Below are positions 1 through 9,993 of a DNA stretch of 64,000 nt, piece after piece. Positions within the stretch are counted from its first letter, which is position 1; each line of letters opens with the position of its first letter. Under the pieces are notes generated by a model, which worked only from the letters and a program-made list of their open reading frames with translations, was not told the origin of the DNA and did not search any database. Location of the stretch: the NCBI GenBank assembly GCA_937138255.1, contig CAKZOU010000033.1, positions 14,622-78,621 of the forward strand, given 5' to 3'. The DNA comes from an uncultured Rhodobacteraceae bacterium. Its GTDB lineage: Bacteria; Pseudomonadota; Alphaproteobacteria; Rhodobacterales; Rhodobacteraceae. A program made the position numbers and the translations under genes.

Positions 1-1734
1 GTTGTCGGTTCGGTGCCTCGGAGCGGTTTGGTCGTTCTAAACGGTCAACTCGCCGCCTACGGCTTGGCATCGTTGCAAGATCGACCGACGATCGGCGACC
101 CAACCGATCTTACCGTCGTGGGTCTTTTCTTCCTTACCAATGATAATTTGAACGAACTGGCGCACCTGGTGGATGTGCCGAAACTGGAGTTCGGTTTGGC
201 CAGCCAGCCTCTTCCCGACTCCGATCATTCGATCCAGATCAGCGGCATATCCGGCGAGGGGATCGGCCGGCTTTCTTGGCCCAACCTGAAACCCGGGAAC
301 GAGATTCTCGCGCGGCTCGCTCCCTTCTATCTGGCCGTAAGCGCAGTGATGACCATCCTGTCGTTCTTCATGAAGGGTTGGTATCGCCAATTGATTCAAA
401 GCATCCTCACGGAAAGAGAACGGGTCAAAAAGGCCGCCGAAACGGATAGCCTGACGGGCCTTTTGAACAGAGCCGGCGTCTCGGCTCTTGTCGAAACATC
501 AGAGATCCGAGAGGCGCTGAGCAAAGGAACCTGCGCTTTGCTCTATTTGGACGTAAACGGCTTTAAAAGATTGAACGACTCGATGGGGCACGATTGTGGT
601 GACCAAGCCCTGGGCGTTCTCGCCGACAGGCTCATCGGGGCAAGCAGAAAGGGAGACATCGTCGCACGGCTGGGAGGCGATGAGTTTATGGCCCTGATAT
701 TTGACGACGACCCCGAAAAAGCCGCCCGCAAGGTTTGTGCACGGATTCGGAAGCGTGCCGCAGTTCCGGTCAAAATAAACGAAGAGTACCTTGTTATTGG
801 TGCAGCAATGGGTGTCGCGATCAGCGAGCCCAATCTCAGCTGGTCTGACCTTCTTCTACGCGCGGATGCCGCAATGTATCGGGCAAAACATGACAATGCG
901 ATTGCCGAAGTCCTGTTCTCTGATGAACTCAAGGGCGAGCGGGACAAGGAGCGTATGGTCGAAGATCGGCTTCGAAAGGGGCTTCAAGAAGTTGGCACCT
1001 CCCGAAACCCCTTCGACGTTGTCTTTCAGCCGGTCGTTGACAGTCGCGGTCGAGAGATGGCCTACGCCGAGGCTCTGCTCAGGTGGAACGATCCGGTTTT
1101 GGGACCGGTTCCGCCCTCAGATTTCATCCCGATCGCCGAAAGCCGCGGCCTTGTGCCGGAACTTGGGAAATTTGTCATCGACAGATGTTGCGACGCGCTG
1201 GCTGCGACGCCCTGGCTTCATGTGAGCATCAATGTCTCACCCCTCCAGCTGGTCCACCCGGATTTTCCCGACCAGATTCTCGAAGCCGTGGGAACGAGAG
1301 GCTTGGACCCATCCAGGATCGTGATCGAAATCACCGAAAATGCGCTGATCGAAGTTCCGGAGACCGCACGGCAGCGTATTGAGCAGCTAAGCGCAAAAGG
1401 CTTTCAGTTTGCTTTGGACGATTTTGGCACGGGTTTTGCGTCGATCAGCTATTTGCGTCAATTTCCCTTCAGCACGCTCAAAATCGACAGGAGTTTTGTG
1501 GCAAGTCTCGGTCAGGACCGGTCATCAAATCTGTTGTTCGAATCGATGGTCAGGCTCGGAGAGGGCTTTCACCTTGAAGTCGTTTCTGAAGGGGTCGAAA
1601 CCGCGATCCAGTCAGAAATGATCGCGCGAACGGGATGTCATTTTCAACAAGGCTTCCTTCATGCGCGCCCCATGTCCTTGGCCGCGCTCGAAAGCTTTTA
1701 CACCCAAATTTCAGAGCGACGGGACTCTGCCTGA
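1..1734 (+). CDS. GGDEF-EAL signalling protein (diguanylate cyclase/phosphodiesterase), probably 5'-truncated by the window edge
   Basis: ORF 13..1734; the frame stays open back to nt 1. It has one TM segment (FYLAVSAVMTILSFF), then a GGDEF domain (RLGGDEFMALIF) and an EAL domain (EALLRW, EITENA, DDFGTG). GC is visibly lower than in neighbouring genes. Confidence 0.85.
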   Translation, partial: VVGSVPRSGLVVLNGQLAAYGLASLQDRPTIGDPTDLTVVGLFFLTNDNLNELAHLVDVPKLEFGLASQPLPDSDHSIQISGISGEGIGRLSWPNLKPGNEILARLAPFYLAVSAVMTILSFFMKGWYRQLIQSILTERERVKKAAETDSLTGLLNRAGVSALVETSEIREALSKGTCALLYLDVNGFKRLNDSMGHDCGDQALGVLADRLIGASRKGDIVARLGGDEFMALIFDDDPEKAARKVCARIRKRAAVPVKINEEYLVIGAAMGVAISEPNLSWSDLLLRADAAMYRAKHDNAIAEVLFSDELKGERDKERMVEDRLRKGLQEVGTSRNPFDVVFQPVVDSRGREMAYAEALLRWNDPVLGPVPPSDFIPIAESRGLVPELGKFVIDRCCDALAATPWLHVSINVSPLQLVHPDFPDQILEAVGTRGLDPSRIVIEITENALIEVPETARQRIEQLSAKGFQFALDDFGTGFASISYLRQFPFSTLKIDRSFVASLGQDRSSNLLFESMVRLGEGFHLEVVSEGVETAIQSEMIARTGCHFQQGFLHARPMSLAALESFYTQISERRDSA

Positions 1735-1796
1735 CGAGCCCCGAGGGAGTTTAAGGCAGTTATAATGGCCGTGGCAGCAATCGACCCGAAAGTCGG

Positions 1797-2162
1797 TCAG
1801 CTCCACTCAAGGGCGCCTTTTTTCCACTCATAGGCAAAGCCGATCGTCAGCACGCCCAAGAACACCATCATCGACCAGAAACCGACCATGCTCAGATCCT
1901 TGAACGCCACGGCCCAGGGAAAGAGGAACGCCACCTCGAGATCGAAGATGATGAAAAGAATCGACACGAGGTAGAACCGCACATCGAATTTCATCCGCGC
2001 ATCGTCGAAGGCGTTGAAGCCACACTCATAGGCGCTGACCTTTTCGGGGTCGGGATTGCGAACCGCGACGATCACCGCGGCGAGGACCAGAATCGCTCCC
2101 AGAGCAATGGCAAGGCCGAGGAAAATGACGATGGGAAGATATTCGCGAAGCAGGTCTTCCAA
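1797..2162 (-). CDS. nuoA: NADH-quinone oxidoreductase subunit A
   Basis: ORF 1797..2249 trimmed to an in-frame TTG at 2162 that is preceded by GAAAGGA. The 121-aa product carries the NuoA/Nqo7 hallmark block [40 protein letters not shown]. Confidence 0.9.
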   Translation of the reverse strand: MEDLLREYLPIVIFLGLAIALGAILVLAAVIVAVRNPDPEKVSAYECGFNAFDDARMKFDVRFYLVSILFIIFDLEVAFLFPWAVAFKDLSMVGFWSMMVFLGVLTIGFAYEWKKGALEWS

Positions 2163-2220
2163 GGTGGTTCCTTTCAAGACGAGCGGCGCCAAAAGACAGC
2201 GCGCCAAAACCCTTGGGATG

Positions 2221-2249
2221 GCTTTACCTCCGCCTTGTGAGAGGGTCAA
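2221..2249 (-). promoter_or_regulatory. Candidate sigma70-type promoter for nuoA
   Basis: On the - strand: TTGACC (2249-2244), a 17-nt spacer, then TAAAGC (2226-2221), about 55 nt upstream of the nuoA TTG. This is a sequence match only. Confidence 0.25.
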
Positions 2250-2298
2250 CCGAAGCTGGCCGGAAGATCGCGCTTTTTGCGGAGTTTATTGAGCCGGA

Positions 2299-3090
2299 TC
2301 AGCCTTTGGCCCAGCGCGGTTTGCGCTTTTCAAAGAAAGCGGCGATCCCCTCGGCCGCTTCGCCGTCCTGCCAGCGCCCGACCAGAACCTCGGCCGACAT
2401 GGCGATCACCTCGTCGTCGATGGCAGGGGCGAGTGCGAGAAGATGGCGCTTGGCCGTGGCGACCGCGCCCGGAGCGCAGGAGAGATAGGGCACCACCTCG
2501 GCTTCGACGAGCGCATCCAAGTCGTCGGCCGCACCGATCCTTGCAATAAGACCCAGCCGCTCCGCCTCGGTCGCTCCGAAAACCCGGCTCGACATGAAAA
2601 CCCGCCGGGCCATCGACGCCCCCAACTTGGCCACCACATAGGGGCCGATGGTGGCCGGCACGAGGCCGAGCTTGGTCTCGGTCAGGCCAAACTTTGCGGT
2701 CTCGACGCAGACGGCCACGTCGCAGACGCTGATGATCCCGACCCCGCCGCCGAAGGCATTGCCCTGAACGCGGGCAATGACCGGTTTGGGAATTGTATTT
2801 ATGGCCCGAAGCATCCCCGAGAGCTTGTAGGCCGCGCCTCTCTGGGCGTCTTCGCCGCCTGCCATCTGGTCGCGCATCCAGCCAAGATCGCCTCCGGCGC
2901 AGAAACTGGCTCCGCGGCCCGTGATGATCACGACCCGCACGTCGGGATCGGCACCCAGACGCTCGGCCGCATCGGTCAGCTCGTCCATCATCTGCGCCGA
3001 GAGCGCATTATGCTTGTCCTCGCGGGCCAGCTCGAGCGTGGCAACGCCGCGCCCGTCCCGGCTGATGGAAATGGTCTCAAACTGGCTCAT
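2299..3090 (-). CDS. liuC: Methylglutaconyl-CoA hydratase (crotonase family)
   Basis: 263-aa enoyl-CoA hydratase fold (FCAGGDL, NAFGGGVG). It is the last gene of the liu cluster, and its ATG overlaps the stop of the upstream lyase gene (ATGA at 3087-3090). Confidence 0.8.
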   Translation of the reverse strand: MSQFETISISRDGRGVATLELAREDKHNALSAQMMDELTDAAERLGADPDVRVVIITGRGASFCAGGDLGWMRDQMAGGEDAQRGAAYKLSGMLRAINTIPKPVIARVQGNAFGGGVGIISVCDVAVCVETAKFGLTETKLGLVPATIGPYVVAKLGASMARRVFMSSRVFGATEAERLGLIARIGAADDLDALVEAEVVPYLSCAPGAVATAKRHLLALAPAIDDEVIAMSAEVLVGRWQDGEAAEGIAAFFEKRKPRWAKG

Positions 3091-3962
3091 GCCCGCCCCC
3101 TCATGGATTTGGCAATGGTCGCCGCCCGTCCGACGGCCGCGCGATCAAGGCCGGTCTCATAGCCCAGCGCGGTGAGCCGGTCCATGACCGCCTCGGTCGC
3201 CGCATTCCCCGGCGCACCCGGCGCATAGGGGCAGCCGCCGAGACCACCCACCGCCGTATCAAAGACCCGCAAGCCTTCGTCGAGCGCGGCCTCGATATTG
3301 GCAAGCGCCCGCCCGCCCGTGTCGTGGAAATGCCCTGCGAGCCGCTCGGCCGGCACATGGCGCTTTACCGCCCTGAGCATCGCCTGCACCCGATCGGGCG
3401 TGCCTTTGCCAATGGTGTCGCCCAGCGAGACGGGCATTTCGGCGATCTCGGAGAGCCGCGCCACCACATCGGCCACCGCCTCCGGTGCGGTCGGGCCGTC
3501 ATAGGGGCAGTCGGTCACGCAGGAGACATAGCCGCGCACCTTCACGCTCTCGGTCATGGCCGCCTCGACGACGGGGCGCACCCGTTCGAGGCTCTCGGCG
3601 ATGGTGCAATTGAGGTTGGCCTTTGAGAACCCTTCACTGGCCGCGATAAACACAGCGATCTCGCCAGGGATACGCGGCAGGGCGGCGCGGGCCTCGCGCC
3701 ACGCTTCAAAACCCCTCATGTTGGGCACCAGAACCGCGTAGTTCACATCCCGCCCATAATCGAGCCCCGCCATCACCCGGTCGGTATTGGCCATCTGCGG
3801 CACCCATTTCTCCGACACGAAAGAGCCGACCTCGATATCCTTCAGCCCCGCCTGCACCAGCGCACGGATCAGGCCGACCTTGTGCTCGACGCTGATGATC
3901 CGCGCCTCGTTCTGAAGCCCGTCGCGCGGACCAACCTCGTAGAGGCAGACGAATTCGCTCAT
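3087..3962 (-). CDS. liuE: Hydroxymethylglutaryl-CoA lyase
   Basis: ORF 3087..4028 trimmed to the ATG at 3962 (MSEFVCLYEVGPRDGLQNE), which overlaps the stop of the upstream carboxylase gene (ATGA). The N-terminus is HMGL-like. Confidence 0.9.
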   Translation of the reverse strand: MSEFVCLYEVGPRDGLQNEARIISVEHKVGLIRALVQAGLKDIEVGSFVSEKWVPQMANTDRVMAGLDYGRDVNYAVLVPNMRGFEAWREARAALPRIPGEIAVFIAASEGFSKANLNCTIAESLERVRPVVEAAMTESVKVRGYVSCVTDCPYDGPTAPEAVADVVARLSEIAEMPVSLGDTIGKGTPDRVQAMLRAVKRHVPAERLAGHFHDTGGRALANIEAALDEGLRVFDTAVGGLGGCPYAPGAPGNAATEAVMDRLTALGYETGLDRAAVGRAATIAKSMRGRA

Positions 3963-5911
3963 GCCTCGCCCTCCGGCTCCAGCCGCACGAGCACGACGCC
4001 CGCCTCGACCTGATCCCCCTCGGCGCAAAGCACCTCGGCCACGACCCCATCGCGCCCTGCCGTCAGCGCGTGCTCCATCTTCATCGCCTCAAGCACCGCG
4101 AGCCTCTCGCCCGCCGCCACCGCCTGCCCCGCCTCGACGAGCACCGCCCGCACCAGCCCCGGCATCGGCGACAAGGCCACATCGCCGCCCTGCCCTACAT
4201 CGCTTTCTCGATCTAGCGGGTCGAGGATCCGGCATTCGAGGGTGACACCGGGGGCGAAGACGAAAACCTCACCCGCCGCGCGGACGGCCTCGAACCGCGG
4301 CTGGCCCGCGACTTGCCAGGCCCCGTCGACCCATTTCGCGTCATAGCTTTGTCCGTCGAACCGCAGATCGGCCTGCACGCCACCTTCGGATAGCCGGAAA
4401 GTCACGACGACCTCGGCCCCCTCGGCGCTCAGCCCGATGCTCTGCTCGAGCGGCTGCCACAGCGCAAAGCCCGTCGCCGCCCCCGGCACGATCCCCGCCC
4501 CCACCAACGCCGCCACGCCCAGCATCGCACCGCGCAACTCGGGCGTCCCATGCGCCTCGGTCAGCGCCACCAGATCGCGGGCGATGAGGCCGGTATCGAC
4601 CTCGCCCTTGGCAAAGCCCCCGTGCCGCGCCAGCGCGCCGAGGAAGCCGAGGTTGGTCACTGTGCCCGCCACCCGCGTCTGGCCCAGCGCCTGAACAAGG
4701 CGGGCGCGGGCGATGTTACGGGTGGGGCCGTGGACGATGATCTTGGCGATCATCGGGTCATACCACGGGCTGATCGCGTCACCCGCCCGCACGCCGGTAT
4801 CGGCGCGGGCCGCGGGGGCGAAATCGAGAACCGCCAAGGTGCCGGTCGCGGGCAGGAATCCTGCGGGCACGTCCTCGGCATAGAGCCGCGCCTCGAAGGC
4901 ATGGCCGCTGATGGTCAGATCGTCCTGCCCGAGCGGCAGAGGCTCGCCCGCCGCCACGCGCAATTGCCATTCGACCAGATCGACACCGGTGATCGCCTCG
5001 GTCACGGGGTGCTCGACCTGCAGGCGGGTGTTCATCTCCATGAACCAGAACCCGTCAGGGCGCAGCCCGCCCTGCCCATCGGCGATAAACTCGATCGTGC
5101 CCGCGCCCTTGTAACCGATCGCCTCGGCCGCGCGGACGGCGGCGGCGCCCATGGCCGAGCGGACCTCATCCGTCATCCCCGGCGCGGGAGCCTCTTCGAT
5201 CACCTTCTGGTGCCGCCGCTGGAGCGAGCAATCCCGCTCGAAGAGGTGCACCGATTTGGTGCCATCGCCGAAGACCTGCACCTCGATATGGCGCGGGTGG
5301 CTGACGTATTTCTCGATAAGCACCGCATCGTTGCCGAAGGCGCTTGCCGCTTCCGAGCGGGCCGAAGCGAGCGCTGTGGCGAAATCCTTCGCCGCCTCGA
5401 CCCGCCGCATCCCCTTGCCGCCGCCGCCGGCCACGGCCTTGATCAGGACCGGATATCCGATCTTTTCCGCCTCGGCCGCCAGATGCGCCTCGCCCTGCTC
5501 GGCCCCGTGATAGCCCGGAACGACCGGCACGCCCGCCTCTTCCATCACCCGCTTGGCCGCGTCCTTGAGGCCCATGGCCCGGATCGCCTTGGCCGAAGGG
5601 CCGATGAAGACAAGGCCCGCCGCCTCGACCGCTTCGACGAAATCGGGGTTTTCCGAGAGAAAGCCATAACCGGGATGGATCGCCTCGGCCCCCGTGGCCT
5701 TGGCCGCCGCGATGATCGCCTCACCGCGCAAATAGCTTTCGGCCGGGCGCGGCCCGCCGATATGCACCGCGTGATCGGCCATGGTGACGTGCATCGCGCC
5801 GGCATCGGCATCGGAATAGACGGCGACCGTCTCGACCCCCATCGCCCGCGCCGAGCGGATGATGCGGCAGGCGATCTCGCCCCGGTTGGCTATGAGAATG
5901 CGCGTGAACAT
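3959..5911 (-). CDS. liuD: Methylcrotonyl-CoA carboxylase alpha subunit (biotin carboxylase + biotin carrier)
   Basis: 650 aa with a biotin carboxylase N-terminus (MFTRILIANRGEIACR), an ATP-grasp region and a C-terminal biotinyl motif EAMKMEH. Confidence 0.9.
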   Translation of the reverse strand: MFTRILIANRGEIACRIIRSARAMGVETVAVYSDADAGAMHVTMADHAVHIGGPRPAESYLRGEAIIAAAKATGAEAIHPGYGFLSENPDFVEAVEAAGLVFIGPSAKAIRAMGLKDAAKRVMEEAGVPVVPGYHGAEQGEAHLAAEAEKIGYPVLIKAVAGGGGKGMRRVEAAKDFATALASARSEAASAFGNDAVLIEKYVSHPRHIEVQVFGDGTKSVHLFERDCSLQRRHQKVIEEAPAPGMTDEVRSAMGAAAVRAAEAIGYKGAGTIEFIADGQGGLRPDGFWFMEMNTRLQVEHPVTEAITGVDLVEWQLRVAAGEPLPLGQDDLTISGHAFEARLYAEDVPAGFLPATGTLAVLDFAPAARADTGVRAGDAISPWYDPMIAKIIVHGPTRNIARARLVQALGQTRVAGTVTNLGFLGALARHGGFAKGEVDTGLIARDLVALTEAHGTPELRGAMLGVAALVGAGIVPGAATGFALWQPLEQSIGLSAEGAEVVVTFRLSEGGVQADLRFDGQSYDAKWVDGAWQVAGQPRFEAVRAAGEVFVFAPGVTLECRILDPLDRESDVGQGGDVALSPMPGLVRAVLVEAGQAVAAGERLAVLEAMKMEHALTAGRDGVVAEVLCAEGDQVEAGVVLVRLEPEGEA

Positions 5912-5914
5912 GGG

Positions 5915-7522
5915 CTACATCCTGAAGACGCCGAAGCGGGTTTCGGGGATCGGGGTGTTGAGCGAGGCTGAGAGGCTCAAGGACAGCACCTCGCGGCTCT
6001 TGCGCGGGTCGATGATGCCGTCGTCCCAGAGGCGGGCCGAGGCATAGAGCGGGTGGCTCTGGCGGTCGAACATCTCGATCGTGGGGCGCTTGAATTCGGC
6101 CTCTTCCTCGGTGCTCCAAGTCTGGCCCGCGCGCTCCATCGCGTCACGCTTGACCGTGGCCAAGACGCCCGCCGCCTGCTCGCCGCCCATGACGGCGGTG
6201 CGGGAATTCGGCCAAGTCCACATGAAGTTTGGGCTATAAGCCCTTCCACTCATGCCATAATTTCCAGCCCCGAACGAGCCTCCGACGACCATGGTGATCT
6301 TGGGAACAGCGGTCGTCGCCACGGCGGTGACCATCTTGGCGCCATGCCGGGCGATGCCTTCGTTCTCGTATTTGCGGCCGACCATGAAACCGGTGATGTT
6401 TTGCAGGAAAATCAGCGGGATACGACGCTGACTGCAGAGCTCGATGAAATGCGCGCCCTTTTGGGCGGCCTCGGAGAAAAGCACCCCGTTGTTGGCGACG
6501 ATCCCCACGGGCCAGCCGTCGAGATGGGCAAAGCCGGTGACCAGCGTCTCGCCAAACCGCGCCTTGAATTCGTCAAACCGCGAACCATCAAAGACGCGGG
6601 CGATCACCTCACGGATATCATAGGGCGTGCGCAAATCGCGAGGAACGATCCCGAGGATTTCCTCCGGGTCGTAGGCGGGCTGTTCGGGTGTTTCCCTGTT
6701 CAAATTTGAATGGTTACGCGCCGCAATTGACGCAACCGCCTGCCGCGCCAGCGCCAAGGCATGGGCATCATCCTCGGCCAGATAATCGGCCACGCCCGAC
6801 AGGCGCGTATGCACATCGCCGCCACCCAGATCTTCGGCGCTCACCACCTCGCCGGTCGCGGCTTTCACCAAAGGCGGGCCGGCCAGAAAGATCGTCCCCT
6901 GTTCGCGGACGATGATCGAGACATCCGCCATCGCCGGCACATAGGCCCCGCCTGCGGTGCAGGATCCCATCACCACGGCGATCTGGGCGATTCCACGGGC
7001 CGACATATTGGCCTGATTATAGAATATCCGTCCGAAATGATCGCGGTCGGGAAAGACCTCGTCCTGATTGGGCAGATTGGCCCCTCCCGAGTCTACGAGA
7101 TAGACGCAAGGCAGCCCGCATTGCGCGGCGATCTCCTGCGCGCGCAGGTGCTTCTTGACGGTCATCGGGTAATAGGTGCCGCCCTTCACGGTGGCATCGT
7201 TGCAGACGATCATCACCTCGCGGCCCGAGACACGGCCTACGCCGGCGATCACGCCAGCCCCCGGCGCGGCGCCATCATACATATCGTAGGCGGCGGTTGC
7301 GCCGATCTCGAGAAAGGGCGAGCCCGCATCGAGCAAAGCGGCAACCCGCGCCCGAGGCGCCATCTTGCCCCGCGAGATATGCCGCGCCATGGCCTTCTCG
7401 CCGCCGCCCGCGGCCGCGCTCGCCGCTGCCTCGGCTACTTGAGAAATGGATGCCAAGTGGCTGGAACGGCGGTCTTTTGCCTCTTGCGAGGCGGGCGAGA
7501 ATTGCGAGGTCAGGCGCATCAC
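5915..7522 (-). CDS. liuB: Methylcrotonyl-CoA carboxylase beta subunit (carboxyltransferase)
   Basis: 535-aa carboxyltransferase-type protein with a 3-nt gap to liuD. The start is GTG at 7522 or ATG at 7519; both overlap the ivd stop. Confidence 0.9.
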   Translation of the reverse strand: MMRLTSQFSPASQEAKDRRSSHLASISQVAEAAASAAAGGGEKAMARHISRGKMAPRARVAALLDAGSPFLEIGATAAYDMYDGAAPGAGVIAGVGRVSGREVMIVCNDATVKGGTYYPMTVKKHLRAQEIAAQCGLPCVYLVDSGGANLPNQDEVFPDRDHFGRIFYNQANMSARGIAQIAVVMGSCTAGGAYVPAMADVSIIVREQGTIFLAGPPLVKAATGEVVSAEDLGGGDVHTRLSGVADYLAEDDAHALALARQAVASIAARNHSNLNRETPEQPAYDPEEILGIVPRDLRTPYDIREVIARVFDGSRFDEFKARFGETLVTGFAHLDGWPVGIVANNGVLFSEAAQKGAHFIELCSQRRIPLIFLQNITGFMVGRKYENEGIARHGAKMVTAVATTAVPKITMVVGGSFGAGNYGMSGRAYSPNFMWTWPNSRTAVMGGEQAAGVLATVKRDAMERAGQTWSTEEEAEFKRPTIEMFDRQSHPLYASARLWDDGIIDPRKSREVLSLSLSASLNTPIPETRFGVFRM

Positions 7523-8679
7523 ATCGCCCCCATCATTTCGCGGCCGATCAGCATCCGGCGGATCTCGGAGGTTCCCGCGCCGATCTCCATGAGCTTGGCA
7601 TCGCGGAAGATCCGCGCCACGGGCGTCTCGTTCATGAAGCCCATGCCGCCCATCGCCTGCACCGCCTGATGCGCCACCGTCATCGCCTCTTCCGAGGCAT
7701 AAAGCACGCAGGCGGCGGCGTCCTGCCGCGTCACCTCGCCGCGATCACAGGCTTTGGCGACCTCGTAGACATAGGCGCGGGCGGAATTCATCTTGGTATA
7801 CATATCGGCGATCTTGCCTTGCATGAGCTGAAAGCTCCCGATCGGCTGGCCAAACTGCTTGCGGCTGGCGAGATAGGGCATCACCTCGTCAAGACAGGCC
7901 GCCATGATCCCCGTGCCGATGCCGGATAGGACAACCCGCTCGTAATCAAGCCCCGACATCAGGACGCGCACGCCCTTGCCCTCTTCGCCAAGGATATTCT
8001 CGAACGGAACCTCGACATCCTCGAAAATCAGCTCGGCGGTGTTCGAGCCGCGCATCCCGAGCTTGTCGAAATGCGGGCCGGTCGAAAACCCCGTCATGGT
8101 CTTTTCGACGATGAAGGCGGTGATGCCCTTCGATCCGGCCTCGGGATCGGTCTTGCCATAGACGATCAGCGTGTCGGCATCCGGCCCGTTGGTGATCCAG
8201 AATTTCGTGCCATTGAGGCGGTAATGGTCGTTCTTCTTCTCGGCCTTGAGCTTCATCGACACAACGTCCGACCCCGCCCCCGCCTCTGACATGGCCAGCG
8301 CGCCGACATGCGCGCCGGAAATCAGCCCCGGCAGGTATCTGCGCTTTTGCTCGGGCGTGCCGTTAAGGTTGATCTGGTTGACGCAAAGGTTGGAATGCGC
8401 CCCGTAGGAGAGGCTCACCGAGGCAGAGGCGCGGGCGATCTCTTCGACCGCGACCACATGGGCGAGATAGCCAAGGCCCACCCCGCCGAATTCCTCTGGC
8501 ACGGTGATGCCAAGAAGGCCCAGATCGCCCAGTTCCTTCCAAAGCTCCGCCGGAAAGAGGTTGGCCTTGTCGATCTCCGCCGCCATCGGCTTGATCCGCG
8601 CTTGCGCGAAGGAATGGACCATCTCACGCAGGGCATTCACCTCGTCGCCAAGGTCGAATCTCATCGAGGCGGTAAACAT
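7519..8679 (-). CDS. liuA: Isovaleryl-CoA dehydrogenase
   Basis: 386-aa acyl-CoA dehydrogenase and first gene of the liu cluster. A GGAG SD lies 8 nt upstream of the ATG. Confidence 0.9.
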   Translation of the reverse strand: MFTASMRFDLGDEVNALREMVHSFAQARIKPMAAEIDKANLFPAELWKELGDLGLLGITVPEEFGGVGLGYLAHVVAVEEIARASASVSLSYGAHSNLCVNQINLNGTPEQKRRYLPGLISGAHVGALAMSEAGAGSDVVSMKLKAEKKNDHYRLNGTKFWITNGPDADTLIVYGKTDPEAGSKGITAFIVEKTMTGFSTGPHFDKLGMRGSNTAELIFEDVEVPFENILGEEGKGVRVLMSGLDYERVVLSGIGTGIMAACLDEVMPYLASRKQFGQPIGSFQLMQGKIADMYTKMNSARAYVYEVAKACDRGEVTRQDAAACVLYASEEAMTVAHQAVQAMGGMGFMNETPVARIFRDAKLMEIGAGTSEIRRMLIGREMMGAM

Positions 8680-8730
8680 CGGCGGCTCCGTTTATTGAAC
8701 AGATGTTCATTTAATACGAAACTGCCGCCG
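8680..8730 (-). promoter_or_regulatory. Nested inverted repeat (candidate operator / 5' leader structure) upstream of the liu operon
   Basis: A perfect palindrome TGAACA-GA-TGTTCA (8696-8709) sits in an AT-rich patch. It is flanked by 7-bp GC arms, CGGCGGC (8680-8686) and GCCGCCG (8724-8730). The proximal arm abuts the start codon. Confidence 0.4.
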
Positions 8731-8735
8731 TCCGG

Positions 8736-9938
8736 TCAAGCCTCGGCTTTGCGCCGATCACGGTCGGCACGCAGATGCGCGGCGAGGTAAAGCCCGCAGC
8801 CCAGCGCCATGAGGCCGATCAGGATGGCGAACATCAGCCCGTAACCACCAATCCGCCAGACGACCGCTCCAAGCCACGGCGCGCTGGCCGAGCCGATCAG
8901 GTAGGGCAGCGCCAGCGCCCCCGATTTCGCCCCGAAATCCCGCCCGCCAAGGATATCGCGGGCGATCAGCGGGCGCAGGATCGAGACGGTCCCATAGGCT
9001 CCGGCAAAGAGCATGACAAAGCCCGAGAGCGTCACCGGCGCGCCCTGCCCCAGCCAGAGGAGCGCGACAGAGGCCCCAATGAGGCCGAAGGCGGTGAGCG
9101 CCACGCCGTGATGCGAGATGTATTTCTCGCTCATCATCATCGCGAGCCGCCCCGCCACCTGCATCGGGCCGATGAAGGAGGCTGCGAGAACGGCTGTCTC
9201 GGGGCTCAGGCCGCGCTCGTCGAGATAGGAGAGAAGGTGATGCAATGTGGCGCTGTGAACGACCGCCACAAGCGCGAACCCCGCGGCCAGATACCAGAAG
9301 GCGGCCCGCCGCAGAAAGGCGCGGCGCGGCGTCTTGGTTGCGGTTTCGACAATCGGTTCCTCGACCCGCCCCGCCTCGAGCGCCCGCCCGCCGATCCAGT
9401 GGAGCGGCGCCGAGCCGAACATCACCACCCCCGCCGCCACCAAGACCGCCGCCCGCCAGCCGCCGGCCTCGGCCACCGCATGAACGGCCGGAAACGAGAT
9501 CGTGCTGGCAAAGCCCGCGACGAGCGTGATGAGCACGATCGACCCCTTGGCCCCCGCCCCCTTGGCGCGGGTCACAAGGGCAAAGCAGGGCTCGTAGAGG
9601 GCACCCGACATCGCCACGCCGATGCCGCCCCAGACCAGATAGAACTGCCAGAGCGTCTCGACCCGCGACAGGAGGATCATCAGAACACCCCCCAGAACCG
9701 CCGCCCCCGCCATCATATGTGGCCCACGGCCCGCGTCGATGATCCGCCCGGCGAGCGGCGCCATCAGGGCCGAGATCAGAACGCCCAAGGTGATCGCCAT
9801 GGTCACCTCGGGCTTGGACCAGCCCATATCCTGCTCCCACCGCAGTAGGAGCGCGGGGAAGGTATAGTAAATGCTGGCCCAGGCGAGGGTCTGACCGATG
9901 GCCAGCAAGATCACCGGGCGGCGCGTGGTTCCAAGCAT
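8736..9938 (-). CDS. MFS transporter
   Basis: ORF 8736..10028 trimmed to the ATG at 9938 (MLGTTRRPVILLAIGQ). It is multi-TM and hydrophobic throughout, with an MFS-like loop (AGRIIDAGRG). Confidence 0.75.
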   Translation of the reverse strand: MLGTTRRPVILLAIGQTLAWASIYYTFPALLLRWEQDMGWSKPEVTMAITLGVLISALMAPLAGRIIDAGRGPHMMAGAAVLGGVLMILLSRVETLWQFYLVWGGIGVAMSGALYEPCFALVTRAKGAGAKGSIVLITLVAGFASTISFPAVHAVAEAGGWRAAVLVAAGVVMFGSAPLHWIGGRALEAGRVEEPIVETATKTPRRAFLRRAAFWYLAAGFALVAVVHSATLHHLLSYLDERGLSPETAVLAASFIGPMQVAGRLAMMMSEKYISHHGVALTAFGLIGASVALLWLGQGAPVTLSGFVMLFAGAYGTVSILRPLIARDILGGRDFGAKSGALALPYLIGSASAPWLGAVVWRIGGYGLMFAILIGLMALGCGLYLAAHLRADRDRRKAEA

Positions 9939-9993
9939 GGGGCGCGGCCTCCTTGACACACACTCTGACCAGACCCGAGCGCCGGTCAATGGG

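Noticed and set aside
1735-1796. A possible third, degenerate copy of the CCCCGGGAGTATTT element (CCCCGAGGGAGTTTAAGG), plus a weak hairpin, between the GGDEF-EAL gene and nuoA.
   Set aside because: The similarity is limited to a few bases, the GCCAAAAGAAG tail is absent, and the hairpin has only 4 bp. This is not enough to call a copy or a terminator.
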